Virus record (IMG/VR): IMGVR_UViG_3300021958_000059
Span: 850 to 64,849 of that record
DNA from: a virus
Taxonomy: Duplodnaviria > Caudoviricetes
Direction: 5' to 3' (one strand)
DNA length: 64,000 bases
The number at the start of each line of letters is the position of its first letter. Position 1 is the first letter of the stretch. Below are positions 55,185 through 63,639 of the stretch, one piece after another. Below the pieces are notes generated by a model that ran no database searches, was not told the DNA's origin, and saw only the letters and a program-made list of their open reading frames with translations. Both the position numbers and the translations under genes were made by a program.

Positions 55185-57749
55185 TTAAGGTCCTCCTACT
55201 TCGTCAAAGGCATTGGGAGTAGCAAGAGATTCACTAGGATTACTCTTTGGCTTTCCTTGGCCAACAATTTCAACTGTCTTATTAGTTTTCTTATCAGTAT
55301 TAACCTTTTCACCATCGAAGTCTCCGGGCTGTGATTGTATTCTAATACACGATAGTGTCTGCTTAAATGTTCCGCTTTCGAACTTGCTGGCACACTTCCA
55401 AACTCTATAAATTCCGCTAAAGGGACTTATTTTATCCTTGTTAGAAAATTCAAAGTTACCTGTTCTTTCATTTATATCTGCAGGTGTTCTAAATGTTATA
55501 AAAACGTAAACATCCTGTCCTTCATAGTTTGCAGTTCCGTCTTCCGTAAGTAACGGACTCTGATCGGATGATGAGGCAAAATAATTCGATAACCCGCTAT
55601 CAACCAACCAATAAGTATCTCCCATTATTTCTAAATCTAGTTTAATTAGATCCGAAGATGATGTATTAACAAATGCATCTTGAAAACTTTCTGCAACTTT
55701 CTGTGCAACATTAGTTGAACCCGGCCCACCCTTCATAAGGCTAAACTGATTTGGGTTTTTCTTAATTTTAGATTTACCAAGATTAGCCGTTTGTGCTTTT
55801 TTCTCGTTACCCTGGCCTGTTTTTACAACATCTGCTGGTTTTTCCTTGGTTCCTTTATTATTTTGATTTTGTTCGTTTTTTGTCTTGCTTTCTGTAGTTG
55901 GGGCTGATCCTGTATAAAACAAATAATCAATTTTAATTTCAAAATTTAAAACATCAACATTTTGTCCTGTATAGATATAATCATATCTCTTGACAATAGT
56001 TTTTTCTAGTTCTGTTATTCCTACCGGGATAGAACTAGGATTTCCAAAAATACTCGAATGCACTTTAAACGGAACTACTCTATAAATGTATTTTTTTGCA
56101 AAGTCACCTACAACATCATCGTAATCTAAAAATTCAACTTGGACATCTATCTTAAACCAATCAATCATACCGTCTGATTTTGTTGCTTTCTGGGTTGCTT
56201 CCTTAGCAAATGTCGAACTTAAAATTACCTGCGTTATTATATCCGTTAGTTTTTGCTTTTGTGTAAAATGAAAAGTTCTTGTCTTTTCATCTATTTGCAT
56301 TTTTCCTCTTATAACACGACCTGTTTTTTTATCCTGAACATCCTTGTCATCCTTAAAAGGAAAGTTGCCGCCTTCACCTACATCGAAACCAAAATCTGAT
56401 CTTGCAATAGAATTGTTTCCTATGTTCTTATTTGTTGTAGACTCCACATCGGTGCCGCCAACACTCTTTTTACCGCTGCCGTCAGGCGATGCTGTTGCTC
56501 CAGCATCCTCTTGTGTATTGGAAGTTTGATTAGTAATTCTAGTGTTAGCAGTTGGAGGAAAATGTATTTCATAAACATCCTTAATCTTATATTTTCCTTC
56601 CTTAACCAACTGTGCTTCGTTTTGATTAAGAAGTGCTACTAAACTTTTTCTACCTGTTGCTAAAACATCTCTAACTGATCCTTTTTCGTCAGGTCCTAGT
56701 GTAGGATCTGCTATTGTATCAGTAGTTGCTTGAATATTAATATCAGTCCATAAAGTGTCTACTGTATCAGCATATCCTTGATGGTTAAATGGGTATGCTT
56801 CAACACTATACGTGCTTCCTGATTCGTCAACATTAAAGGTAACTTTTTTTAATTTAATTACAAAATACTTTGGCTTAATTGATTTTCTAGAAGTGCCATC
56901 CTCATCAAACCCAGCAATATCTAGTTTAAGAAGAAAAGGTGAATCTAAATAATTTACGTAACCTGCCTTAATTGCTGCAACCTGCATGCTCTGTAAGAAT
57001 AGCCCCATCGAAAACGGTTCTCTAATTTCAAAATTAAAACTAAAAGCATTTTGGTTACCGGTCTTTGGATTAGCAGCAATCATTGATACCATCTCAAAAT
57101 TATCAATAAAATATTCTGGGGTTCCGAATGCTGTTCCTACCCTTGATGATTTTCCATCCTTAATAAAATCTCTGCCAGCGGAAGAAAAAATAATGCTCGA
57201 AGATAGGTTTGTGGATTTAGTTCCTTCGAATCCGCCATCGTCGTCAACAAAGGAAGTTTTAATATCATAACTTTGTTGTGCAAAGCTCAGACCATCTGCA
57301 TTTCTATATTCGTTAGGGTTATTAAACTGCTTAGGAGTTAGCACAGCCATTGTCCACAGCGGCGAATAAGAAGCAAAATTTTCTAAAGGATTTCTTACAA
57401 TATTTGTAAGATTATATCCTGTCGTGCCGGACATAGATTCTTGACTATCTGGAACAATTTCACTTTTGCCTTCTTTGTCTATCTTAGTAACGGCACCTTC
57501 TTTCTTTCCGGTGCTAACTGCTATATTTTTCTGAACAGATGTATCTGTTGCAACAGTCTGCTTCTGCGTTCCGTCAGGTTTTTTATTTTGGTATCTATCT
57601 AACTGTTCCTGTGTTCCATATACTCTTACAGTCTTGCCGTTTTTTTGAATGTCAACATAAGGCTGCGTCTTGTCGATATTTCGTCTTCTTGTATCCAGGC
57701 GGCCGGATGCGGTTTCTATTAGTCTGCGTTCTGTAAATTCAGCAGCCAC
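55185..57749 (-). CDS. Baseplate hub protein (gp27-like by position)
   Basis: GGAG before GTG; NPLENFASY; C-terminal FSGIYRV...FESGTFKQTL..IR typical of hub proteins. Confidence 0.65.
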   Translation of the reverse strand: MAAEFTERRLIETASGRLDTRRRNIDKTQPYVDIQKNGKTVRVYGTQEQLDRYQNKKPDGTQKQTVATDTSVQKNIAVSTGKKEGAVTKIDKEGKSEIVPDSQESMSGTTGYNLTNIVRNPLENFASYSPLWTMAVLTPKQFNNPNEYRNADGLSFAQQSYDIKTSFVDDDGGFEGTKSTNLSSSIIFSSAGRDFIKDGKSSRVGTAFGTPEYFIDNFEMVSMIAANPKTGNQNAFSFNFEIREPFSMGLFLQSMQVAAIKAGYVNYLDSPFLLKLDIAGFDEDGTSRKSIKPKYFVIKLKKVTFNVDESGSTYSVEAYPFNHQGYADTVDTLWTDINIQATTDTIADPTLGPDEKGSVRDVLATGRKSLVALLNQNEAQLVKEGKYKIKDVYEIHFPPTANTRITNQTSNTQEDAGATASPDGSGKKSVGGTDVESTTNKNIGNNSIARSDFGFDVGEGGNFPFKDDKDVQDKKTGRVIRGKMQIDEKTRTFHFTQKQKLTDIITQVILSSTFAKEATQKATKSDGMIDWFKIDVQVEFLDYDDVVGDFAKKYIYRVVPFKVHSSIFGNPSSIPVGITELEKTIVKRYDYIYTGQNVDVLNFEIKIDYLFYTGSAPTTESKTKNEQNQNNKGTKEKPADVVKTGQGNEKKAQTANLGKSKIKKNPNQFSLMKGGPGSTNVAQKVAESFQDAFVNTSSSDLIKLDLEIMGDTYWLVDSGLSNYFASSSDQSPLLTEDGTANYEGQDVYVFITFRTPADINERTGNFEFSNKDKISPFSGIYRVWKCASKFESGTFKQTLSCIRIQSQPGDFDGEKVNTDKKTNKTVEIVGQGKPKSNPSESLATPNAFDEVGGP

Positions 57750-57750
57750 C

Positions 57751-58050
57751 TTATACTCCTAAGAATTTTCTAAGATTTGTTTCCTTAGGAATATAAATTT
57801 TTATTCCTGGTTCGAAATCATATATTGGATCTTTAATTATTTCCATATTTCTCTGAACAAATACCCACCATAATTTAGGATCACCGTATAAATCGTATGC
57901 AAGTAGATCTGGTCTGTTTCTATACTGATTTTCAATAGTATAAAGATAATCATCATCTTCAGCCGGAACAGGACGTATGGTCAGTGTTTCCAGATAAAGA
58001 TTATTCTGTTTTGTATTAACGTATGGTGACGATTGACTGTAAACTGCCAT
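57751..58050 (-). CDS. LysM-like baseplate wedge protein (gp53/tail X-like)
   Basis: YRNRPDLLAYDLYGDPKLWWVF..RN..IKDPI. Confidence 0.85.
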   Translation of the reverse strand: MAVYSQSSPYVNTKQNNLYLETLTIRPVPAEDDDYLYTIENQYRNRPDLLAYDLYGDPKLWWVFVQRNMEIIKDPIYDFEPGIKIYIPKETNLRKFLGV

Positions 58051-58051
58051 A

Positions 58052-59197
58052 TTATAAGTATCCTCTGCCCGAAGGTGTTCTTAATGTTCCTTTAGCATAT
58101 TCTGTTAAACTAAACGATCTTAGGTTTCTTCTATTGTAAACTGGTTGAACATTTATAGTAATTGAACTTGTAATTGGAACCCAAGTTTTTGTTCCGTAAG
58201 CATTACATCTTATATAGTTGACATCATTGGGTAAATCTAGACTAAATGACTTTACAACTACAGGAACATTGTCAAATACACTCGCTCCATATCCATTAAG
58301 TTGACACACCGGCGGTGGTGCTCCTGCGTTTGCACCCTGTCCGAAAAACATTTTTGTCATTGTTTTAAAAAATGTAACTGCGCTAATCCAATAGGCTGCT
58401 TGCAATTCATTTTCAGCAATAAACGTTCCCTGTATATTAATTTCATCAACCTGTGAATTCTTGTAGGCTTGGAAAGGATAGTTATTATGAACTGGATCAA
58501 TCTGTGTATAGTTTGCCTTGGTGCTATATGTAATGCTAGGAAGTATAGGAAATACAACTCCCTTTGTTCCGTCGTCATCAAGCGGTGCAAACAAGGGGTT
58601 GTCTTTAAACTGACTCCAGTCGCAACTAATCCTAACACGCCAATCATCGTTGAGCTGCGGGATGACCTGCAAGCCTTCTCCCGACTGCTGAAATAATTCT
58701 CCGTTCTTGGGTAAATTTTCTGCTCGCCTTAAACTTAATAAATCATTAAGTGCTCCTGCACCCTTTGATATCCCACCTGCTAAATTTTGTAGACCACCTG
58801 CAAGGTCGCCGCCGGCAACTTTGCTTAGTAGTCCTCCAATTTCATTTCCGGCGCCTGTTATTGCTCCTCCGATAGTGTCTCCTAGTTTACCAAAACTACC
58901 TACATTTTCGCTGAGTGAGCCTAAATTGCTTGATCCTACAGGACTGTCAACCACCTTGGTAAAGTTTCCCATTCCTGTTTGAATTTGATCATTAAAGGTT
59001 GATGCCAATGACGATGCTTGGTTTAATCCGCTTCCTAAATCTCCGCTTAGTTGTGCAGACTTTAAATCTAGTTTAGCCTTGGCAAGTGCATTTCCTATCT
59101 TTGGCTGTGCCTGTTCAGCAGCGGCAATTGCCTCGCTGATTCCTGCATTGACTTTCTGCACCAGTTGTGACTGCGGATTAATCGATAGTTTTGACAT
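58052..59197 (-). CDS. Baseplate-tail tube junction protein (gp48/gp54-like)
   Basis: GVVFPILPSI..S.KANY..IDPVHNNYPF; GAPPPV..L.GYG..VF..VPVVVKSFS.DLP.DV. Confidence 0.7.
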   Translation of the reverse strand: MSKLSINPQSQLVQKVNAGISEAIAAAEQAQPKIGNALAKAKLDLKSAQLSGDLGSGLNQASSLASTFNDQIQTGMGNFTKVVDSPVGSSNLGSLSENVGSFGKLGDTIGGAITGAGNEIGGLLSKVAGGDLAGGLQNLAGGISKGAGALNDLLSLRRAENLPKNGELFQQSGEGLQVIPQLNDDWRVRISCDWSQFKDNPLFAPLDDDGTKGVVFPILPSITYSTKANYTQIDPVHNNYPFQAYKNSQVDEINIQGTFIAENELQAAYWISAVTFFKTMTKMFFGQGANAGAPPPVCQLNGYGASVFDNVPVVVKSFSLDLPNDVNYIRCNAYGTKTWVPITSSITINVQPVYNRRNLRSFSLTEYAKGTLRTPSGRGYL

Positions 59198-59224
59198 TTT
59201 GGTAATATTTCCTTATCTTTACTC

Positions 59225-59261
59225 TATTTATTTCTATCATTATGTGCTATTATAATAAATA
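59225..59261. promoter_or_regulatory. Divergent promoter region: ATAAATA on the - strand (59225-59231) and on the + strand (59255-59261)
   Basis: Both motifs lie in the 84-nt gap between the structural block and gp55; a TGnTATTAT extended -10-like element is also present on +. Confidence 0.55.
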
Positions 59262-59281
59262 TTAGGAGAACTATCATAACT

Positions 59282-60115
59282 ATGCAAAAAATCAAATATC
59301 TTACAAATAAAGACCTATTGGCAGAAATACATCGCAGTAAAAATACATTTTGCTCCTATGTAGACGCTGATCATCACCAATATGATGTAATACTGCCAAG
59401 TCTTGAAAAAATTAACATAAGAACCATTGCAGAAGCAAAAAGAAATCGTGCTGCTAGGCTATCTAAAGAAGCACATGCTGCTGCTGTTGAAGCGGCTGGC
59501 AAAAAGATTCCGGCAAAACAATTTGACATAGATTACAGAAAGATGGAAAAACAGGATTTAATCTTTCGTATCATGACATTTGAACACATTCCAGAAGACC
59601 TAACAAGAAAGAAAACTAAAAAGACAGTTGCAGATCACCATACTAAGGTTAACTTTCCTCCATTCCAACATTGGAAGTTTGATGAAAAGGACAATTTAAT
59701 TTGTGTTGGTAAAAGTCATTGGGTAGGCGGAATGGAAAACGGTTACTTTGACGGTAAATGCGGAAAGGCTACTAACGATCTTGCTCGTATGTGGATGAAA
59801 TTGTGTGATCGATATGCAACACGTGGTAACGTTAGAGGATATACCTATAATGATGAAATGAAAGGGCAAGCCATACTGCAATTAGCACAAATTGGTTTGC
59901 AGTTTGATGAATCCAAATCAAACAATCCGTTTGCTTACTACACAGCGGCAGTAACCAATTCATTTGTTAGAATCATTAACATCGAAAAACGCAACCAAAA
60001 CATTAGAGATGATATACTCGAAATGAATGGAATGAATCCAAGTTGGACACGTCAAGAACAAGGCCGAAACAATGGAGCCCAAGTTCCGCGCGATAATAAG
60101 AAAAAAGACTCTTGA
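59282..60115 (+). CDS. gp55: Late-transcription sigma factor (T4 gp55-like)
   Basis: YLTNKDLLAEI; NVRGYTYNDEMKGQAILQL..FDESKSNNPFAYYT....NSF.R.I..EK. Confidence 0.9.
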   Translation: MQKIKYLTNKDLLAEIHRSKNTFCSYVDADHHQYDVILPSLEKINIRTIAEAKRNRAARLSKEAHAAAVEAAGKKIPAKQFDIDYRKMEKQDLIFRIMTFEHIPEDLTRKKTKKTVADHHTKVNFPPFQHWKFDEKDNLICVGKSHWVGGMENGYFDGKCGKATNDLARMWMKLCDRYATRGNVRGYTYNDEMKGQAILQLAQIGLQFDESKSNNPFAYYTAAVTNSFVRIINIEKRNQNIRDDILEMNGMNPSWTRQEQGRNNGAQVPRDNKKKDS

Positions 60116-60140
60116 CTTTTAGACAATTTTCCGTTACAAT
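60112..60140 (+). promoter_or_regulatory. sigma70-type promoter for gp47-gp46
   Basis: TTGACT(60112-60117), 17-nt spacer, TACAAT(60135-60140); AAGGAG RBS follows. Confidence 0.75.
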
Positions 60141-60157
60141 ATAGTAAGGAGTAAAGA

Positions 60158-61168
60158 ATGCCGTTATTTAAGAAAGCAGCCTGCTTCACAGATATCCACT
60201 TTGGAATGAAGAGTGGAAGTAGGACACACAACGTTGATTGTGAAGATTTTGTTAAATGGTTTTGCGAAGAAGCAAAAGCCGCTGGTGCTGAGACCTGTAT
60301 CTTTTTAGGAGACTGGCACCACAACCGTGCGACCACAGACGTCAGCACGATGAACTACACAGTTTCTAATCTAGAAAGACTTAACGAAACATTTGAGAAA
60401 ACCTACTTCATGGTTGGTAACCATGATTTGTTCTACAAGGACAAGCGTGAGATTAACTCAATTGAATTTATGCGATTGTTTCCTAACATCGTTCCCATTA
60501 CTGAATTGTTTACGGAAGGTGAAGTAACACTGCTTCCGTGGTTAGTAGGCGAGGAGTGGAAGACCGTTAAGGATATTAAAAGCAGATATGTATTTGGTCA
60601 CTTTGAACTGCCATACTTTAAAATGAATGCAATGGTAGAAATGCCCGATCACGGAGAACTACAACCGGATCACTTTGTCAATCAGGAGTATGTGTTCAGT
60701 GGACACTTCCACAAGCGGCAGACCAAAGGCAATGTAACCTATATTGGTAATGCATTTCCACACAACTATGCAGACGCATGGGATGACGAACGTGGGATGA
60801 TGTTTTTAGATTGGGGTGGCAAGCCTGAATATAAGACTTGGCCTAATCAACCTGTGTTTAGAACATTTAAATTAAGTCAACTACTTGATAAACCTGAAGA
60901 ACATCTAAAGGAAAACATGCATGCCCGAGTAACAATTGATGTGCAGATTACGTTTGAAGAAGCAAACTTCATCAAGGAACAGTTTATTCCTCAATTTAAG
61001 TTGCGTGAACTAATGTTGATTCCGGAAAAAGTAGAAGTGGAAAGCAACATTGATCCTATTGACCTTTCATTTGAAAGTGTTGATACAATTGTAATGAATC
61101 AGATTGAACAACTGGACAGTGAAACATATGACAAGCGTATGTTATCGGAGATTTATTCGGACCTATGA
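60158..61168 (+). CDS. gp47: Recombination endonuclease subunit (Mre11/SbcD-like)
   Basis: Metallophosphoesterase motifs FTDIHFG, FLGDWHH, VGNHD, GHFE, SGHFH. Confidence 0.95.
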   Translation: MPLFKKAACFTDIHFGMKSGSRTHNVDCEDFVKWFCEEAKAAGAETCIFLGDWHHNRATTDVSTMNYTVSNLERLNETFEKTYFMVGNHDLFYKDKREINSIEFMRLFPNIVPITELFTEGEVTLLPWLVGEEWKTVKDIKSRYVFGHFELPYFKMNAMVEMPDHGELQPDHFVNQEYVFSGHFHKRQTKGNVTYIGNAFPHNYADAWDDERGMMFLDWGGKPEYKTWPNQPVFRTFKLSQLLDKPEEHLKENMHARVTIDVQITFEEANFIKEQFIPQFKLRELMLIPEKVEVESNIDPIDLSFESVDTIVMNQIEQLDSETYDKRMLSEIYSDL

Positions 61169-62943
61169 TAAAAATTAAAAACATCACGGTTAAAAACTTT
61201 ATGAGTGTGGGCAATCAGACCCAAGCAATTGACTTTGACAAGGGCGAACTAACTCTTGTCTTAGGTGAAAACCTTGACTTGGGCGGTGATGATAGTGGTT
61301 CCAGAAACGGCACTGGTAAAACAACTATCGTCAACGCACTCAGTTACGCAATTTACGGTAATGCCCTTACAAATATCAAGAGAGATAATCTTATTAACAA
61401 GATTAACGGCAAGGGCATGCTGGTTACCATTGACTTTGAAAAGGATGGAGTGCAATACAGCATTCATAGAGGTAGAAAGCCCAACATTCTTAAGTTTACA
61501 GTGAATGGAACCGAACAGGAACCAACTGATACTGACGAAGCACAGGGCGATAGCAGAGAAACGCAGAAAGATATTGAAGCACTGTTTGGTATGAGCCATG
61601 ACATGTTCAAACACATTCTTGCATTGAACACTTATACTGAACCCTTCCTATCAATGAAAAACAATGATCAGAGAATGATTATTGAGCAGTTGCTAGGAAT
61701 AACTCTACTTTCTGAAAAAGCAGACAATCTTAAGGAAAAGATGCGACAGAATAGAGATGACATCACAACAGAAAATACAAAAATTGAAACCATCAAGGCA
61801 AGTAACGAAAGAATCGAACAGAACATCGAAAGCCTAGAACGCAAACAGCGAATGTGGGAGGATAGCAAACAGCAATCCGTTAAGGAATTAGAACAGAGCA
61901 TTGCTGTATTAGAAAAGATTGACATTGAAGCAGAAATTGAAGCACACAAGTGTTGGGAAACTTTCAACGACAAGAAAAGAAAACTGGAAGAAGCACAGCG
62001 TTGGATGGCAAGTATCACTGCTGATAACGAAAGACAGGAAAAAACAATTGCCAAGTTGGACAAGGAACTGACTGATCTTAAGGAACACAAGTGCTATGCC
62101 TGCGGACAGGAAATTCACGATGGAACACAAGAACAAATTCTAAAGGACAAGGAAGAACAAAAGAAGGAAGCGGCACTACAACTGCTAACCAACGAAACAC
62201 AATATGCGGAACACGCAAAAGTTGTAAGTGACGTTGGAGAACTAGAGCAATGCCCAGTAACGCAGTATGATAGTGTGGAAGAAGCATACAACCACAGGAA
62301 TACCGTTGAGAGTTTGCAGAAGGAATTAGATAACAAACGTGCAGAGGAAAATCCGTATCTTGAACAGATACAGGACCTTAAGGAAACTGCACTACAGGAA
62401 GTTAGTTTTGATACATTGAATGAACTTACAAAGGTCAAGGATCATCAGGATTTCCTATACAAACTGCTTACAAACAAGGATTCATTCGTCCGCAAGAAGA
62501 TCATTGAACAGAATCTAGCATATCTAAATCAACGACTGACATACTATCTTGCCAAGGTAGGATTACCACACATTGTTGAATTTCAGAACGATTTAACGGT
62601 GGTCATTACACAACTAGGACAGGACTTAGACTTTGACAACCTCAGTAGAGGAGAACGAAATAGGCTCATTTTAAGTTTAAGTTGGGCATTCCGTGATGTA
62701 TGGGAATCGTTATATCACAGCATTAATTTGCTATTCATTGATGAACTTGTAGACAGCGGTATGGACAGTGCGGGTGTTGAAAGTTCTATTGGTATTCTTA
62801 AGAAAATGACACGTGAACGTAACAAGAATGTGTTCCTTATTTCACACAGAGATGATCTTGCAGGGCGTGTTAATCACGTGCTAAAAGTAATTAAGGAGAA
62901 CGGATTTACTTCATATTCAAACGATGTTGAAATAGTCCAATAG
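61165..62943 (+). CDS. gp46: Recombination ATPase subunit (Rad50/SbcC-like)
   Basis: KNFMSVGN; Walker A ...NGTGKTT; zinc hook CYAC; signature LSRGE; Walker B LLFIDE; ISH. Confidence 0.95.
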   Translation: MIKIKNITVKNFMSVGNQTQAIDFDKGELTLVLGENLDLGGDDSGSRNGTGKTTIVNALSYAIYGNALTNIKRDNLINKINGKGMLVTIDFEKDGVQYSIHRGRKPNILKFTVNGTEQEPTDTDEAQGDSRETQKDIEALFGMSHDMFKHILALNTYTEPFLSMKNNDQRMIIEQLLGITLLSEKADNLKEKMRQNRDDITTENTKIETIKASNERIEQNIESLERKQRMWEDSKQQSVKELEQSIAVLEKIDIEAEIEAHKCWETFNDKKRKLEEAQRWMASITADNERQEKTIAKLDKELTDLKEHKCYACGQEIHDGTQEQILKDKEEQKKEAALQLLTNETQYAEHAKVVSDVGELEQCPVTQYDSVEEAYNHRNTVESLQKELDNKRAEENPYLEQIQDLKETALQEVSFDTLNELTKVKDHQDFLYKLLTNKDSFVRKKIIEQNLAYLNQRLTYYLAKVGLPHIVEFQNDLTVVITQLGQDLDFDNLSRGERNRLILSLSWAFRDVWESLYHSINLLFIDELVDSGMDSAGVESSIGILKKMTRERNKNVFLISHRDDLAGRVNHVLKVIKENGFTSYSNDVEIVQ

Positions 62944-62947
62944 GTAT

Positions 62948-63205
62948 ATGGCCACTGATGCTCACGACAAGATGATTGAAGCATTCCAAAACTATTTTAA
63001 GTGGCAGGAACGTTTTGAGTATCACGGAAGTGACGAAGCCGGGATTAAGAGTCGCTTTTGGCTATCAGAGATACGTAATTTTGCAAGTGTAAGGCGCAAA
63101 GAAATACAGGATAAGAGGCAGGATAGGAAAGAATCCAGAAAAGGCAAGATTGGTCGACCATCGAAAGTAAGTAAGAGCGATGGAGAATCCGAGTTGGACA
63201 CATGA
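62948..63205 (+). CDS. Hypothetical basic protein
   Basis: Fits the operon; R.WLSEIR...RRKEIQ pattern. Confidence 0.7.
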   Translation: MATDAHDKMIEAFQNYFKWQERFEYHGSDEAGIKSRFWLSEIRNFASVRRKEIQDKRQDRKESRKGKIGRPSKVSKSDGESELDT

Positions 63206-63629
63206 AGGCAAAATAATTGACAGTATTCCTGACGAATATGAAGGCTTCATTTATCTAATCACAAACACAACAAATAACAAAAAATACATAGGCAAGAAAT
63301 TAGCCAAATTTAAAACCACAAAGCCACCTCTCAAAGGCAGAAAAAACAAGCGACGCGGATACAAGGAATCAGACTGGAAGGAATATTGGGGTTCATCCGA
63401 TAGACTACAGGCTGATGTTGAAGCACTAGGTCCAGAAAATTTCACAAGAGAAATACTTTACTTTTGCACGAACAGGGCAGAAATGAGTTACATAGAGGCA
63501 AGAGAACAGTTTGATCGTAGGGTTCTTGAATCAGACGATTACTACAATGGCATTATCAATGTTAGGGTAGGCGGTTCAGACAAATTGCGCAAGGCACTTC
63601 TCGAAAGACAAATTAAAAACAAGGCTTAA
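63180..63629 (+). CDS. Minimal GIY-YIG nuclease (catalytic domain only)
   Basis: GFIYLITNTTNNKKYIGKK (GIY-YIG); YWGSS; IEAREQF (catalytic Glu); YYNG (Asn). Confidence 0.85.
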   Translation: MENPSWTHEGKIIDSIPDEYEGFIYLITNTTNNKKYIGKKLAKFKTTKPPLKGRKNKRRGYKESDWKEYWGSSDRLQADVEALGPENFTREILYFCTNRAEMSYIEAREQFDRRVLESDDYYNGIINVRVGGSDKLRKALLERQIKNKA

Positions 63630-63639
63630 AACATAGCAA

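Noticed and set aside
54-63445. Many 60-160 aa track ORFs antisense to or out of frame with long genes (for example 672..1040, 7564..7941, 18034..18510, 31240..31695, 33847..34404, 52330..52818, 61668..62090)
   Set aside because: Fully nested in well-supported genes, with no RBS and no motifs; expected shadow ORFs
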